Source of the DNA: Camelus dromedarius | Lineage: Eukaryota | DNA length: 64,000 bases | Assembly: GCF_036321535.1 (NCBI RefSeq) | Contig: NC_087436.1 | Coordinates: forward strand, 69,008,001 to 69,072,000 | Direction: 5' to 3' | In this document: positions 1-12,859 of the stretch, piece by piece | Layout of the letters: each line of letters begins with the position of its first letter | How positions within the stretch are numbered: position 1 is the stretch's first letter | Translations under genes and position numbers: made by a program | Notes under the pieces: generated by a model | The model's database searches: none | What the model was told of the DNA's origin: nothing | The model's input: only the letters and a program-made list of their open reading frames with translations

Positions 1-943
1 AGATAGCTGGGCCCTTTAATTTTAGCCTCGTGTTTCTTTCCAGTACTAAAATCACCACCCTCCAGGTTAATTCTAGCTGAGATCTTAATCCATTCTGCAA
101 TTCCAGGAGTCCCTGTGAGTTCCAGGAGCAGGAGAAGGGCAGACATGGTTTGGTGGCATTGATGAAGGTAAAAGCAATAATTGCCTTCATTAGTAATGTG
201 TTTATTTGCAAATATTTGCACATACATTGTCCTCTTTGATCTTGAATACAGTTTTATGAGGGAGGTGGCGTAGGTGTTGTTATCACTATTTCACAGACAG
301 GAAAGCAGACTCAAAACGTTATGCTGATTCACCCAAAAGTCTAGGACTACTAAGTGGCAAAGACTGGGCTTGGGTTGTCTAACTGCTATTCTAGGTCTCC
401 CTCAGCAAGTCCGTGCTGCTGCAAACACACGTGCAAAGACCACAGCATAGCTATTTCAGTTCTTGTTATGGTCACTAGAATGATTTCCCTGATGTCAAAG
501 CCTCATGTAGATATGCTCTTTTCTACCCTAAAAGAACTCTAGGGCAGTTTGCCAAGGTGTTTAGCTGACTTGAAGTAAAAGGACGTGAAAAAACAGGATA
601 TATGCTTATGCTACAGTTAAATAAAAATGTTAGGCCATTAAACATTGGTCTAAGGGACTACCTAGTATTTGCTGGACATGAAAACTTTAAAAACTATAGA
701 GATGAGTCATCTGTAATTTAAGGAATAATCCATTCTCAATAGAGCTAATGAATTCAACAAAATAGCTCAAACTTTGCTTCAATTTTTTACTGAATAATTA
801 TCCTGACATTTAGCTTAGGATAATGTTTATTATTAACTTACTGACTAATGACTATAACATACCAATAGACGCTTTTTACAGTGGCACTTGAAATACAATA
901 TTATGTTTGATAGGTTGATCTCTTTTCTGTTATTGTTACTTAC

Positions 944-1011
944 ACTAGTGTGATGACTTGAGAATTGATGTATTGTCTGTAAATGCTAGAACTTTGAAAT
1001 GCATCAACCAT
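944..1011 (-). CDS. TMPRSS11BNL: TMPRSS11BNL-type exon 4 (SEA domain)
   Basis: tttaacag|ATGGTTGAT...CTAGT|gtaagt; 68 nt; MVDAFQSSSIYRQYINSQVITLV. Confidence 0.9.
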
Positions 1012-1109
1012 CTGTTAAAGAGAACACAAAGTCAAACATCAAATTCCAATAATACATTTTTGTTTCTGAGAATTAACAATGAGATAAATATAAGAAAATT
1101 CTAATTTAC

Positions 1110-1228
1110 CTTAGTCTCGAGAATTTTGCTAAGATAGTTATTTTCTGGTGATGTCTCCCTTTCATAATTGCTATTATATGGGATATCCAGCACTGTGAAG
1201 CTGCCTTTGTAATAGTAGGTCGTGTTTT
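1110..1228 (-). CDS. TMPRSS11BNL: TMPRSS11BNL-type exon 3 (SEA domain start)
   Basis: ctcacag|AAAACACG...ACTAAG|gtaaat; 119 nt; ENTTYYYKGSFTVLDIPYNSNYERETSPENNYLSKILETK. Confidence 0.9.
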
Positions 1229-3499
1229 CTGTGAGATAAAGAAGTGATCCAATAATTATTTAAATGAAGTTGATTTCAAATCCAGACATAGATTACATAG
1301 TAATACCAGCTAGTAAATATTGTGCTCATATTAGATATTGCTAAACTCTGTGAATTTTTCTGGCACAGTTGATTAGATAAACCGAGCATTGTGGAAAGCA
1401 TAAGACCAATAATGGAGCAAATATGTATCAGACAAAGGTCAAAAAGAAGAGTAACATCTTGATTGAGACAGATAGAATAGACTATAAATGATATTTTTGT
1501 CTACAATAACCAAATGTCAAACTATAAGTAAAAAATAGTTACCATTTATTACATATCCTATATGAAGTTACTTTGTAAAAACCATGTAAAGTATACCCAT
1601 TTTTCAGGAGAAATGTGGTCTCAAAGATATTCAGTAATTCACCTAGTACCATTCAGCTACTAAAAAGAGCCAAGGCTAAAAACTTGCTCTGACTGACTCT
1701 GAAGCCCAATTCTAATTCATTACATTTTATTCCTAAATTTTCATAGATACTAAGCTGTTTGACATATGATACATCTTACTCCTAATTTGTGGTAGATATT
1801 AAGCATCTAGGAATATGCTAGAAACACTGTATAATAGCACCTAGCATGTAGTAAGCAGTAAATAAATGTTAACATTATTTTGTAATATGAGCATTGCCTT
1901 TGAAGACCATCTTGTGGAAGAGATGGGCTCCATATGGATAAAATCATTATGTGAGATACTAATAAGGATATAATTAAATGACAAAGTTAATTGTTCAACT
2001 AGAAGTTCTATATGAGTGCAGAGAAGGGAGGCACCATAATTAAAATAAAATATGATTTATCATTATAAATGTGGTGAAATATTCTACAGAAAGGTGATGG
2101 AAAAAGAAGTCAGAAACTTTTAAACAAAATGCTGAAAATGTGTTGTTTATAAATAATAATTTGGAATGAACATTGTTAATTGTAGTTAGCTTGTCTGTGG
2201 TTCATGGATCACTACCATAGAGATGAGGCTTTGCAATGGTGGTATATAAGGGTTTACCATAAATAGCAAAAATAGACTTTAAAACTGTTCAACTCTATTT
2301 TTCATAATTTAGTATTCACAATGCATACTTCAGTTTTTATTTAGATTTCTAAATATTTCTACCTATTAAAGTAATTAAGCAGCCATCAATATTCCTCAGT
2401 ATAAATTAATAAATTGGCAAGATACAGAGTTTTTATTACAACTGCATTAAGAACTTCCGCTGAGCTAGTGGATAAACTGAACATTTAATGTCTAAGACAT
2501 TTAAGACTAAGAAACCATACCCTAGAATAAGGAAATGCATTCTTGAGTATCCTATTCTCAATTTAATTCTATGCAACAAGCCTAATAACACCTCTGAGGT
2601 TGCTCACCATGCTGAGGTCACTGTGAATACATCTATGATACTCTGTTGGTACCTGATGAGATGAAAGTAACCCCTTATGGATGAAAACTCTATAAGGCAT
2701 TCTTACACCTTATGATGAACATTCCCATCTCCATAAGTAGTCTAAATGCAAATATGAATTGAGAAAGATAATAAAGGGGCAGAAAGAATTGTTTTGCATC
2801 TTTTTCATCATTTGATTACTTACAACTTATTCCCGTAAAGAAAACCTACAATTTACACACATACATTTTTCATAGTTTTGAGTTTGGGGATTTTTTTTTA
2901 TACTAGGTATCTGGGTGCAAAAACAGGATTTAAGCATGATTTATGGGAGCACTTATATTTAAAACCAGTAGAGCAAAAGCACTTCTAAATTCTCCTTCTC
3001 TATGCCCAGAAAAAGGTAAAAAAAACAAGTGTGAAAGGCTTAATTAAAAGAATCCTAAAAGGCACTGACACTTTTGGACATAGGAGTGGAAATGTGATTA
3101 AAACCAAGAAGATTGGTTGAAACATCTAGATCCCAATGTTTTTTTCCCCAACTTCTAAAGTTTTTAGATTAGGGAAGTTGAGACACAGTTGAAAACAGGT
3201 GCACCATACTAAAAATCAATGTGCTGAATTTTTCCCTCAACTTGACTACAGAAAGCTAGTAGTCCAGAATATACTCATGCATTCCATCTAGGAATTCTGA
3301 CCAATTCAACAGAAAATACCCAAGTATATTGGTAAATTGGCTTCTCTTAACAAAACAACCTAGATAGAACAGCCTATGGTTAAAGCCATTTGTTAACATG
3401 CATTTCTTTTATAGACTTCCAGGCAGCTCTTTAATCCTCATTCTTAAACATTAGCAGACACTAAGCTAAAAGATCAACATATGTTTGAGAAAAGTATCT

Positions 3500-4630
3500 A
3501 ATATGAAATACTTCCAAAATACGCAGAGAAAATCTTGGAAAAAAAGAGACTAAAAATTAAAATAAATTACTATATTCAGAGAAGATTTTGTAAGAAATAA
3601 TATTAACATGTTATATAAAGGAATATCTAGATAATAAAAAGAATATCTTAGCTATTGAATATATCACTGCAGAAATGAAGAATTCAGTAGAAAGATTGGA
3701 AAATAAACTTCAGAAAATGACCAAGAAAGTGATTTTTAAAAATAATAAGGGATGGAAAATACAGAGAAAAAGATAAGAAAATTAAAGACTACATTTAGGA
3801 GGCCTAATGCCCATATTACAGGAGCTCCAGAAAGAGAGTGAAGAGGGTAGAAAATTATCAAAGAAATAATCTAAGAAAATTTTCAGGCACTAAAGTACAT
3901 GAATTTCTAGATTAAAAGGACCCACTAAATGCTAGCACAATGATTAAAAATAATATCTACATTATAGCACCTTATCTATAAAATTGCAAAATACTGGGAC
4001 AAAGAAAAAAATTCAATAAGGTTTCAGAAGGTGGGGGAGTAGGAGAAGAGATTTCATTCAAAAGCTCTAGAATCAAAATGTCATCAGACTTCTTGACAGA
4101 CATTATGAAAGCAAGACAAGTAGAGCTTTAGTTTCAAAATTCAGAGGGAAAAGTTTTTTCAGCCCAGAATTCTGTGCCATTAGTTGAGGTTAAGAGTAGC
4201 TGAGACATTTTCAGACATGTGAATTGTTGAAAGTGTAAACTTCCCTGAAAGCTTCTGGAGCATACAGTCCACCACAACTGAGCGAATAAAATAATTAAAA
4301 ACGAAATATGGAATCTAGGCATTAGGAGACCAAACCCAACAGACAGTTGAAAGTAATACCCAGGATGTTGCTAAAGGGAAATCCCAAATCAACAGCTATG
4401 TGGTCAGGGTGAGAATGAGTACGAGATCCATAGCAGAAAGTGAATACATAATACCAATAACTGAAAATTTAAGGTCTGGCAATGTTAAGAATCAACTTAC
4501 AGAGTGAAAGTGGTTGCCTCTGAGAAATGGGAAATAAAGGTAGTGGAGGAGAAGCTGCATTTCTCATACAAAGCTTTGATAATCTGACTGTTTAAATTAT
4601 GAGTACATGTAGCTTTGGAGGAAAAAAAAG
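3500..4630 (+). mobile_element. Old L1M ORF1/3' fragments in BNL intron 2
   Basis: Degenerate ORF1 motifs (ggagctccagaaagag; aagaaaattttcagg; cccagaattctgtgcc). Confidence 0.6.
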
Positions 4631-5352
4631 TCCAAGCATGACAAAGTGATTAATGGTGAGCATACTCCCCATTTGAATATATGTGTACATATATTTTCAT
4701 TGAAAACTAAACAACTAGTAGTTATGATTATGATTACAAATCAAAATGGAATGTTATAACTGTTGACAATGTAAAAATAATACTGGTAACAAACTACTGG
4801 GAATTGTGGGAGAAAAATGAGAAGTATAAGTGTGCCTATTTTCTTACCTTTCATAGCAGGCTACAAATAAGATAATGTTTAAAGTTAAAACACATGATTT
4901 TCTAAAAATGATTGCAGCTTTCCTCATGTTTTTCAAAGTCTTTTTTAAAAATCTATGTTGAGAAGACTTTAATATTAATGTCTGTTATGAAGAAACAAAT
5001 AGTTAAAATTCCATATTCTTTGGTTTCTCTTCATCACATACAATGAGTGTGGTATTTTAATTATAAAATAACACATATATTCCATCTCAGTAGATTACTT
5101 TTTCTCCCTGTCTATCTGTGCATTCACATCTCTATATGACATACATTCTTTTTTTACCTGTGTATATTAAAAAACATGTCTGTAATATAATGTTTGGCAC
5201 ATGTTAACAATGCTAATTTCTGGGATCTTGGGTCATTAGTGGACATTCCAAAAGGAGATTATTCATTGTTTGCAGTCGTTTCTTTGTCTTGTAGAAATAG
5301 AAATGAAGATTACAACAAACTGTATTTTTTTAAAAATGTATTCTTTACCAAC

Positions 5353-5468
5353 CTACTGCCAGAAAATGAACCAGGAGACCTATGGTAGTTCCCAGGATTG
5401 CCAACACTCCAAACACAATGAGGGCAATCATCCATAGCGGCAAAGATGTACGCGAAGCTGTGACTGGT
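5353..5468 (-). CDS. TMPRSS11BNL: TMPRSS11BNL-type exon 2 (signal-anchor TM helix)
   Basis: ttgcag|ACCAGTC...GCAGTAG|gttggt; 116 nt; PVTASRTSLPLWMIALIVFGVLAILGTTIGLLVHFLAV. Confidence 0.9.
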
Positions 5469-5605
5469 CTGCAAGTAAAGGATGTGAGTAAGAAAGATAT
5501 GTTAGAAAAATCACAGTCATTCCAAATCTTTCTTTCTTTCCTCTTACTCACCCCTAGAGGCTTCACAATTTAGGCACAGTAGTAGCAATAGACATTTGAA
5601 GACAG

Positions 5606-5668
5606 AAAAAGAAAGAAGGAAGGAAAGAAGGAAGGAAGAAAGGGAGGGAGGAAGGAAGGAAGGAGGGC
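5606..5668 (+). repeat. (GGAA)n/(GGGA)n purine microsatellite
   Basis: gaaagaaggaaggaaagaaggaaggaagaaagggagggaggaaggaagga. Confidence 0.9.
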
Positions 5669-7530
5669 AGACTAGCCAATGAGCTTATCTTAAAGCTTAT
5701 GATTAAACCTCTCTGGATCTGTGCTATGGAATTATTATTCAGAAATATGATGGTTGGTCCCAGGTTATGTATACTTAGAACCTAAGTCCCTCCCATGATC
5801 AGTGGTTAGTTACAGAGTTAGTATCAAGTAAAGACCTTGCCAGATGGGGCTGGAGAGGAGGGGAGGAGAATAGAAGTGTCTTAGAAGTTCTCGATGTCTA
5901 CGCTTATCATAATTTTAAAAATTATGGTCATGATCCTATATTATTTATTACATCCTTATATATAAAGAACACACACAAATATGAAGTGCTATATTGGATC
6001 AGAGCAATGTCCATCTCTGCTAGCCATGAACTCTAAATACTACCTTGGCAAAGATTTAAAACACAGCTTTTTTTCTGAGATTTTTCCCATACCATCTTAT
6101 AGGACTACCCTACAAAAAAAGGAAATTGATAAAATATAGTTTTGAAGTCTTTACTTCCACTTTTATTGCTTCTTTCCTACCTGGTGTCTGTACATCAGAC
6201 ACCCATATGCAACCACAAGATTAACAAAATCTCTTCAAATGCACCTGCAGAATCGACCATGTGTCCAGATTCCTCCAGGCTCTCCTGGGCAATCAGATTA
6301 ATGCCTCCCTGAGAAGCTACCCACTGAATTAGGCATGAACCTTTCCTGGGTGACTAGGAGTGCTTAGAAACAATGGATTAATTCTTGAAAATCTTTCAGG
6401 TTAGGGCTTCACATAAGTGTCAAAATGATGAAGCAGAAGGAGGAGGTGCCCTATAAATAAAAAAATTATCCACCCATCATAAGGTGATGACCATCTTACA
6501 TGCAAAACAAAACAAAACAAAACAATCTGTTTTCTCTCCACTTTTAAATGTATGTGATTACTCTTTCCTTTACTGATAGACCAGATGTGTCACTAATAAG
6601 ATATCAGGGTTACAAATAATATAACATCTTTAATAAAAAAGAAGTCACACAATATTTACTTTAGTTCAAGAAAAAATGTTCTTAGTATGTTCTATCACAG
6701 TGAGCATACTCTTTCTAACATTTTTATATGGATGTGGCTATTATGAAAAAATATATGAATATGTCTTGAGGGTCCAACTGTTGACTCAAGATGTACATTT
6801 TTAGAGGAATATTTGCATAAGGTATGAATTTATATTTCAATTCTTGGGACATTAGATATTTTAAATTAGGTTTAGTTTATTTTGCTAATATATTGCATAC
6901 ATTGTGAAGAAAACTCCTTAGGAGCCAAAAGCATGTTTTTAAAAGGTTGGTATTAATGAACATAGTAACTATCTAGTTAGATACTTAAAAATGAATAGCA
7001 CATCTGTACATAGTTATACTATTCTAGGTCATGAACATTTTACAGATAAAAATTTATGGTTTTATATATTGTTCTACAGAGAACAACTATGAAACAATGG
7101 TACGATGAGATTCAAGACAATTTTCATGAAAGCACTTTTGAAAGAACACGATGTGAAACAAAAACAAGGGAGTCATAAGAATCATCACCACCAATAACAA
7201 TATAACATTTGCTTTATGAGAGAAGAAAATTCTCTCTCCGCTTCTTTCTCTCTCCTTTGAGACAGCCACACATGCATATTACTTTTCATTCATAGGATGT
7301 AAAGCTGCATGTTACCTTTCTGAAGCACTCCTCAAATCATTTAATGAAACTACAGATCCCAGATACAAATGCATGTATGTGATAAGGCTGAAATCCAAAA
7401 TGCTGTGAGAAAACTGCAAGTTCCCCCCAAACTCAATTGTTTTACTACAACCTTTGGATGGGAGTCATAGTGGGGAAACAGTGCTAATTCTATTTAGGTC
7501 AGAAATTGAGGCAAGCAAATCTCCACTTAC

Positions 7531-7538
7531 CTATACAT
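7531..7538 (-). CDS. TMPRSS11BNL: TMPRSS11BNL-type exon 1 coding part (ATG TAT AG)
   Basis: ATGTATAG|gtaagt; phase 2 matches exon 2; the family typically has a tiny first coding exon (MYR). Confidence 0.8.
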
Positions 7539-7604
7539 AATGTGCTGATATAATGGCTGTTGATGTTAATAATGATAAAGGAAACTTCTGCACTTCTTTT
7601 GTCC

Positions 7605-7720
7605 TGATCAGTGGTTCTCAGGTAAATGTACTAACCACAGTGATACTTGGGATTTTAAGGGCTGGGTGCAATAGCAGAAAGCAATTAAAAGGAAACTTGT
7701 TTAACAAGTGTTGATGACAG
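7605..7720 (-). promoter_or_regulatory. Proximal promoter block of the BNL-type gene
   Basis: TTAAAA TATA-like element, CACCCAGCCC box and AAACTTGTTT (7693-7702). The block aligns by eye with 28603-28714 upstream of TMPRSS11B. An AP-1 TGACTCA lies at 7860-7866. Confidence 0.55.
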
Positions 7721-9989
7721 CTGTGGATCTGTGGCTTAAAGGAAGACATGAAAATTCTCTTTGAGTGAATACTTAAAAAAAGACACTAGACATAAGCTGG
7801 ATTGGTTGCCTGACAGGTCCACCCAAGAAATATCACCACAAATTGGTGAACCAGTGTTCTGACTCAGATTCCACCCACCCCTTTCACAGAGCTCCTCCCC
7901 AGTGAAACTAGCTATACCCACCAGAGCAGTCTCGGACAAATGACTTCAATATACATTGTTTTTTTAATACAATAATTCTGCCATAGCATTACTCATTTGA
8001 AACATGCTTAATCTAAACATTCTCCCAGGGACTCTGCATACTTTTGTAGAAATGGATTTACTGATGGAGGTAGGTTATGGTATAAGAAATATCGGTTCTA
8101 TTTTGGTGATTCTTTAAAGGAAATGAAACTAATCGATCCAGTCGAGTTGTTTTACTGAGTATGCATTATGTTTTTGGATGACACACCAAATTCTTATGAA
8201 AACAAAAAATCAGGACATCGTTTAGATATTTTGGATACAAATATCTAGAGTCTTGGCATCATATTTCATATCTTTAACCATCCAATTTCTCCATTCACTC
8301 ATTTAATAAATATTTGCCATGTACTTCCTGCAACTATCCATTGTTCCTAGTAGTGGAAATACAACAATGGATATAATAAAATTCCTGCCTTTATGGAGCT
8401 GACACACTAATGGAAAAGACAGACAAACACTCAAAAAATAGTAAATATTTCATTTAATATGAGATATTTATACATGCTATGAAGAAAATAAAGCAGAATA
8501 ATTGGGTAGAAAGTGGGGGTCCTCTCTTTAAGAGGGTCAGGAGAGGTCTCTCTGAGGAGGAGGCTTCTGAATGCAGAACTGATGATGATATTAATTGGCA
8601 AGATACATCTTCCTAAAACACATATTCATGACATTTCTTCATTCAAAAAATCATCAAAACTCTCAGTTGCTTTCAGGATAAAATACAAACTTCTCTGGTT
8701 GATATTCAAGGCCTTTTAGAATGCCATTTCTTTCTTTCTTTATTGCCCCATAATAGCATGGTGTAACATGGTGTAACAGAAAGGGCATGGCCTCTACCCC
8801 AATGCCAGGCCCACTAGTACGAGCTGTTTGACACAAACCTCTCTGAACTTCAACTTTCTCACAGGTAAAAATGGTGTCTAACAAGATTGTATATGTAAGG
8901 TATGTCTCAGCTGAGACCATGTATGCTAAGTGCTTGGCACAATGCCCAGGACATTGTGTTACCCTAACAATGACTTTACCTAAAGCTTGAATTTACTTGA
9001 GTCATTTCTCACAGTTCTGTTCCTTGGATGGCAAGTGCTTTCCTAACTCCAACTTTTTATTCATGTCATTTAATTCTCCCAGGACTGCCATTTCTACCAT
9101 CCAATGTTTATTCATTCTTCATGGTCCAACCTAATTGCCACTTCCTTCATAAAGCCTTCTTTGTAAAGCATTATCCTCTTTGATCTTTTTTTTTTTGGCC
9201 TCTAATATTTACTGTCATCAGTACTCATTTTGGATTTAATAATCTGCTATATTATATTGGTTTCTACTTAAAACTGTTTTGTGGATGGTCCTGTCACATC
9301 AGTGAAAGTGTAAGCTGGTTGAACCCGAAGGCACAAACTATACCTTCTTTTTCATTGTTTTTCATAATGACCATCAGAGTTTTAGTATCCAGTAGATGTT
9401 CAGCAAATAAGTTATATGCTTCAATAAAATGATTACCATCCAAATACACATAGACCTCCCAAAAGTCAGTAAAATATATTAAAAATGCATTATGAAATGT
9501 AGGTAGGATTTTAATAGAGTATTCGCAGAAGAAACAGAGATGGAAATTAATATATAAAAAGATGCTTAATATCATCCATTAGCAATTATAAAAACATACA
9601 TTAAAATAATATAACACTACTAAAATTAAAAGTTAAAGATAGTATTTCATTATTTGGTAAATGTGTGGGGAAATAGACTCTCATATGTTGGCAGTAGGAA
9701 TCATAATTGAGTCAGCAACTTTAGAGGTCAGCTTGGCATCAACTATTTAATTTTAAAACTATCTCCTATAACTAAGCAATTTCACTTCTAAATACATATG
9801 TAGATATTCATCCTGGCACATGTACTCGAACAGAAATATATAAGGATGTTTATTATAATGTTTTCAATAGCAAAAACAAAATGGAAACAAAATGTTAATT
9901 GGCAGAGGAACAGTTAAACTATATTATACTGGTATAGTGGAATATTATTCAGCTGTTGAAAGAAACGAGGTAATAATAGATGCGATGAG

Positions 9990-10547
9990 TTGGCCCCACT
10001 GATCATTCTCAGGTCCCCTTCTATGCTGTAGGGATTAGAAAGCTAAAAATGACATCTCCAAGACTGCCATGCCTTTAGGATTCTGAATGCAAAATAGATC
10101 CTGCCAGCTGGATGTACTCATATGAAACTTGAAAGGAAGAATGTCGTTTAAGGCAGAAATGAGGCTGCTTTGGGATTTATGCTGGTAATAGGTCATGAGG
10201 GTATTCTGTTCTGCAACAACATTCCAGTTTCCATTCTCCGGCTTCCGGGGGCTAAGAAACAGTTTTAGAGTAGGCAGAGACCAGAGCAGTTCATGGGTGT
10301 CAGGAGGCTTTGGTAGTAATATCACTGGTGCTGGTGTCTTACTGGTCCCTGGATTGACTTCAGCATTGCCAGGTGCAGTCTCTTCCCCTGGGCTTTGGTT
10401 CTGTAGTGTTCTGTGGATCATCCTTGAAGCTCAGCCCAGGGCCTGCACAACCAGCACTCTGACAATTTTTGAAGTATGCTGATTTCCTACTTCAAATTTC
10501 TTTCTGCTTAAAAATGCCTTTTCTACTCTGAACTCTGACTGATACAG
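9990..10547 (+). mobile_element. Old MaLR-like LTR within an L1ME fragment
   Basis: End motif ttctgcttaaaaa...gaactctgactgataca; flanked by L1 3' sequence (about 9500-9990 and 10550-10740). Confidence 0.5.
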
Positions 10548-10749
10548 TTATAGATGCATATAGAAAAACTGTAAGAAGAATTAGAGATGCAGAATAATAA
10601 TTCAATATGACATCATTAATAATTAAAAGAGTAAATAATACTTTATATTTTAATGGGTGCTAATATATGCACTTAAATCTGTATATTTATGTATGAAGAG
10701 ATACATAAATATATAAAAAAGATCTGGAAGGATTTCAAAACAGTGCTTA

Positions 10750-10863
10750 AAGGGGGAGGATATAGCTTGGTAGTAGAGTGCCTGCTTCAATTTCCAGTAC
10801 CTCCATTAAAAAAAAACTACCCCCCCCCCCAAATAAAAAGGAATTGTAAAAAAAAAAAAAATC
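10750..10863 (+). mobile_element. tRNA-derived SINE (Vic-1-like, internally deleted)
   Basis: ggggaggatatagcttggtagtagagtg...ccagtacctccattaaaa, C-tract, A-tail; TSD caaaaca(g/a)tgctta at 10736-10749 and 10864-10877. Confidence 0.75.
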
Positions 10864-12859
10864 CAAAACAATGCTTACCCTCAAGGAGAAGAAAAGAGAC
10901 CAGAATTGAAAATGATGACTAAAGAAATTTTAGCCTGATCTATAATGGGTTTATTATTTTCACAAGGATAATGTATTAATCCATTGCTAATATAATTAAA
11001 CATTTTAAATATACTTGTTGAAATGAAATAAAAATTTATCTTTGATACGGATCTGAGTAGAGGGAAAAAGGAGGAATTGGCAATAAAATACAGGTTCTCA
11101 GGGATTAGGGTCAAATTAATACTGGCTAAAAATTAAGTATTGGCTTTGTAGAACTTTCCAGGATGAGATGATGGCTTGATGACAATAAGCACAAAATCCA
11201 TGAGGACACAGTGGATTAAGTTTCATAAAGTTGTGGGTTAATTTTTAAAAGATGGTAGGAGTTTACCAGAAAAAAAAAATATATCAGAGAAGGACATTCT
11301 AGACAAGGAGTACACCATTTGAAAGGCTCCAGATAGCACGTTTCAGATAATAGTGTGATTGGAGCACAGGTTAAACGCGAGGAAACGATGGGAGAGAAAA
11401 ACAGCGATGCATGGAGCAGCCAGATCTTAACAGTGCACTTTAGTTTTATTCAGTTGGACAGGATTATTACCTCCATTGAACCAGCCACTGGTCTGGGAAC
11501 ACAGCGACAGAAAAGAGCCCATGAGAAGTTCAGTCTAGTAGGACATTCAGATGCCAAAACAGATAATGTTTACATGTTGTAGAAAATGCAGTAATAGGTG
11601 AATGCCTGGGGCTATCTGGAACACTAGTCTGGGGATGTCAGGAAAGTCTTCCTGGTAAGAGGTAACACCTGAGGTTTGTCTTGACAAATGAGTTGGAAGA
11701 GTGAGTCAAGCTTTTTATGGATTTGTAAATCATAATAAAGAGTTTAGGTTTTATTCTGTAAGGTTATTGAGACGAAGAGGGGTGGAGTAGGATTTTAAGC
11801 AGAAGAGAGAGGTGCTCCTAGACTTCCTGATTACTAAGACCTTGTACCTGCTCTGATCATGGCTCAGTTTGATGCCCTTTAATCCCTTGTCTTTCATCAA
11901 ATGGTTGGGAAGGAAAATAGGGGGACAATCTCTCATTACCCTGGCTGGAGATTTCTGCCTTGTTGAAAAATTTTTTTTTATTAAATGAGATAAATCTGAC
12001 TTAAAGAGCATAAACCTATGAAACCAAAGATAGAACCAATGGAATTCTTTTGTGATATATACTCATATTTAATTAAAATAAAGTTTGGTTTATTCAACCA
12101 TGAGTGTAAACCGTGACAAAACTCCAAGTGAAGAGAATTAAATTTATTGAGGAAACAACATAGGAAAGCATGATGCAATGATTTTATTTTCATAATTAAG
12201 CATAATAATTGTAGGGAAAACAACATATTATAATAACATATAATTGTCTTTTCTGGAATCCTTTAATTAACCACTATAAACTGCAAATCTGAAATGTGCT
12301 TGACACACCACTATTAAAATATTACAAAAATAGCTTCTTCTGAAACCTCCTCTTGCACTGAAATCATGAAAAGTGAAAACCAGTAACAAACCTACTTTAC
12401 CTCTGTCACTAGCAGGCAGTACTTAAGGTATTTAACAAAACATCTGGCACAATGGCCAGAAAGCTAGTTTGTAATGTCTTGGAATAGAAATTGTGCTCAA
12501 ATTGCATCATCTAGTGAAGATTTCTTTTTTTGTTGTTTTTTAATTTTGAGGGGAGGTAATTAGGATCAGTAATCAAACTGGCTCAGGGGTTGACAGGAAA
12601 GTTTCAGGCTTTAAACCTCACATAAATCCCACTGACCTTATTTCATCCAAGATTCAAAGCCAAATATCCAGGCATTTCCAAAGGTAAGTACGATAGAGCT
12701 TTCCTAATCCAGTTGTAAATCCTATACAAAATACGGTAATTAAAATAACAAAGGATGATATTTTAAATATATATTCCCCAGGATGATTCCAGGGCCATTT
12801 GGGGGTTATGTGAAAGACTGAGGAAAGGTGAAAATTCTGTTTTGACATACTAATATAAA

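Larger units (their letters stand above)
944..7538 (-). other. TMPRSS11BNL: TMPRSS11B-like (TMPRSS11BNL-type) gene, 5' part: coding exons 1-4; remainder lies left of the window
   Basis: Four GT-AG exons splice in frame to MYRPVTASRTSLPLWMIALIVFGVLAILGTTIGLLVHFLAVENTTYYYKGSFTVLDIPYNSNYERETSPENNYLSKILETKMVDAFQSSSIYRQYINSQVITLV (short tail, TM, start of SEA domain). Resembles the recalled BNL/mouse Tmprss11b N-terminus. Confidence 0.85.

Noticed and set aside
10035..10482. Overlapping 128-aa and 95-aa ORFs
   Set aside because: They lie inside a MaLR-like LTR; no recognisable domain or splice context.
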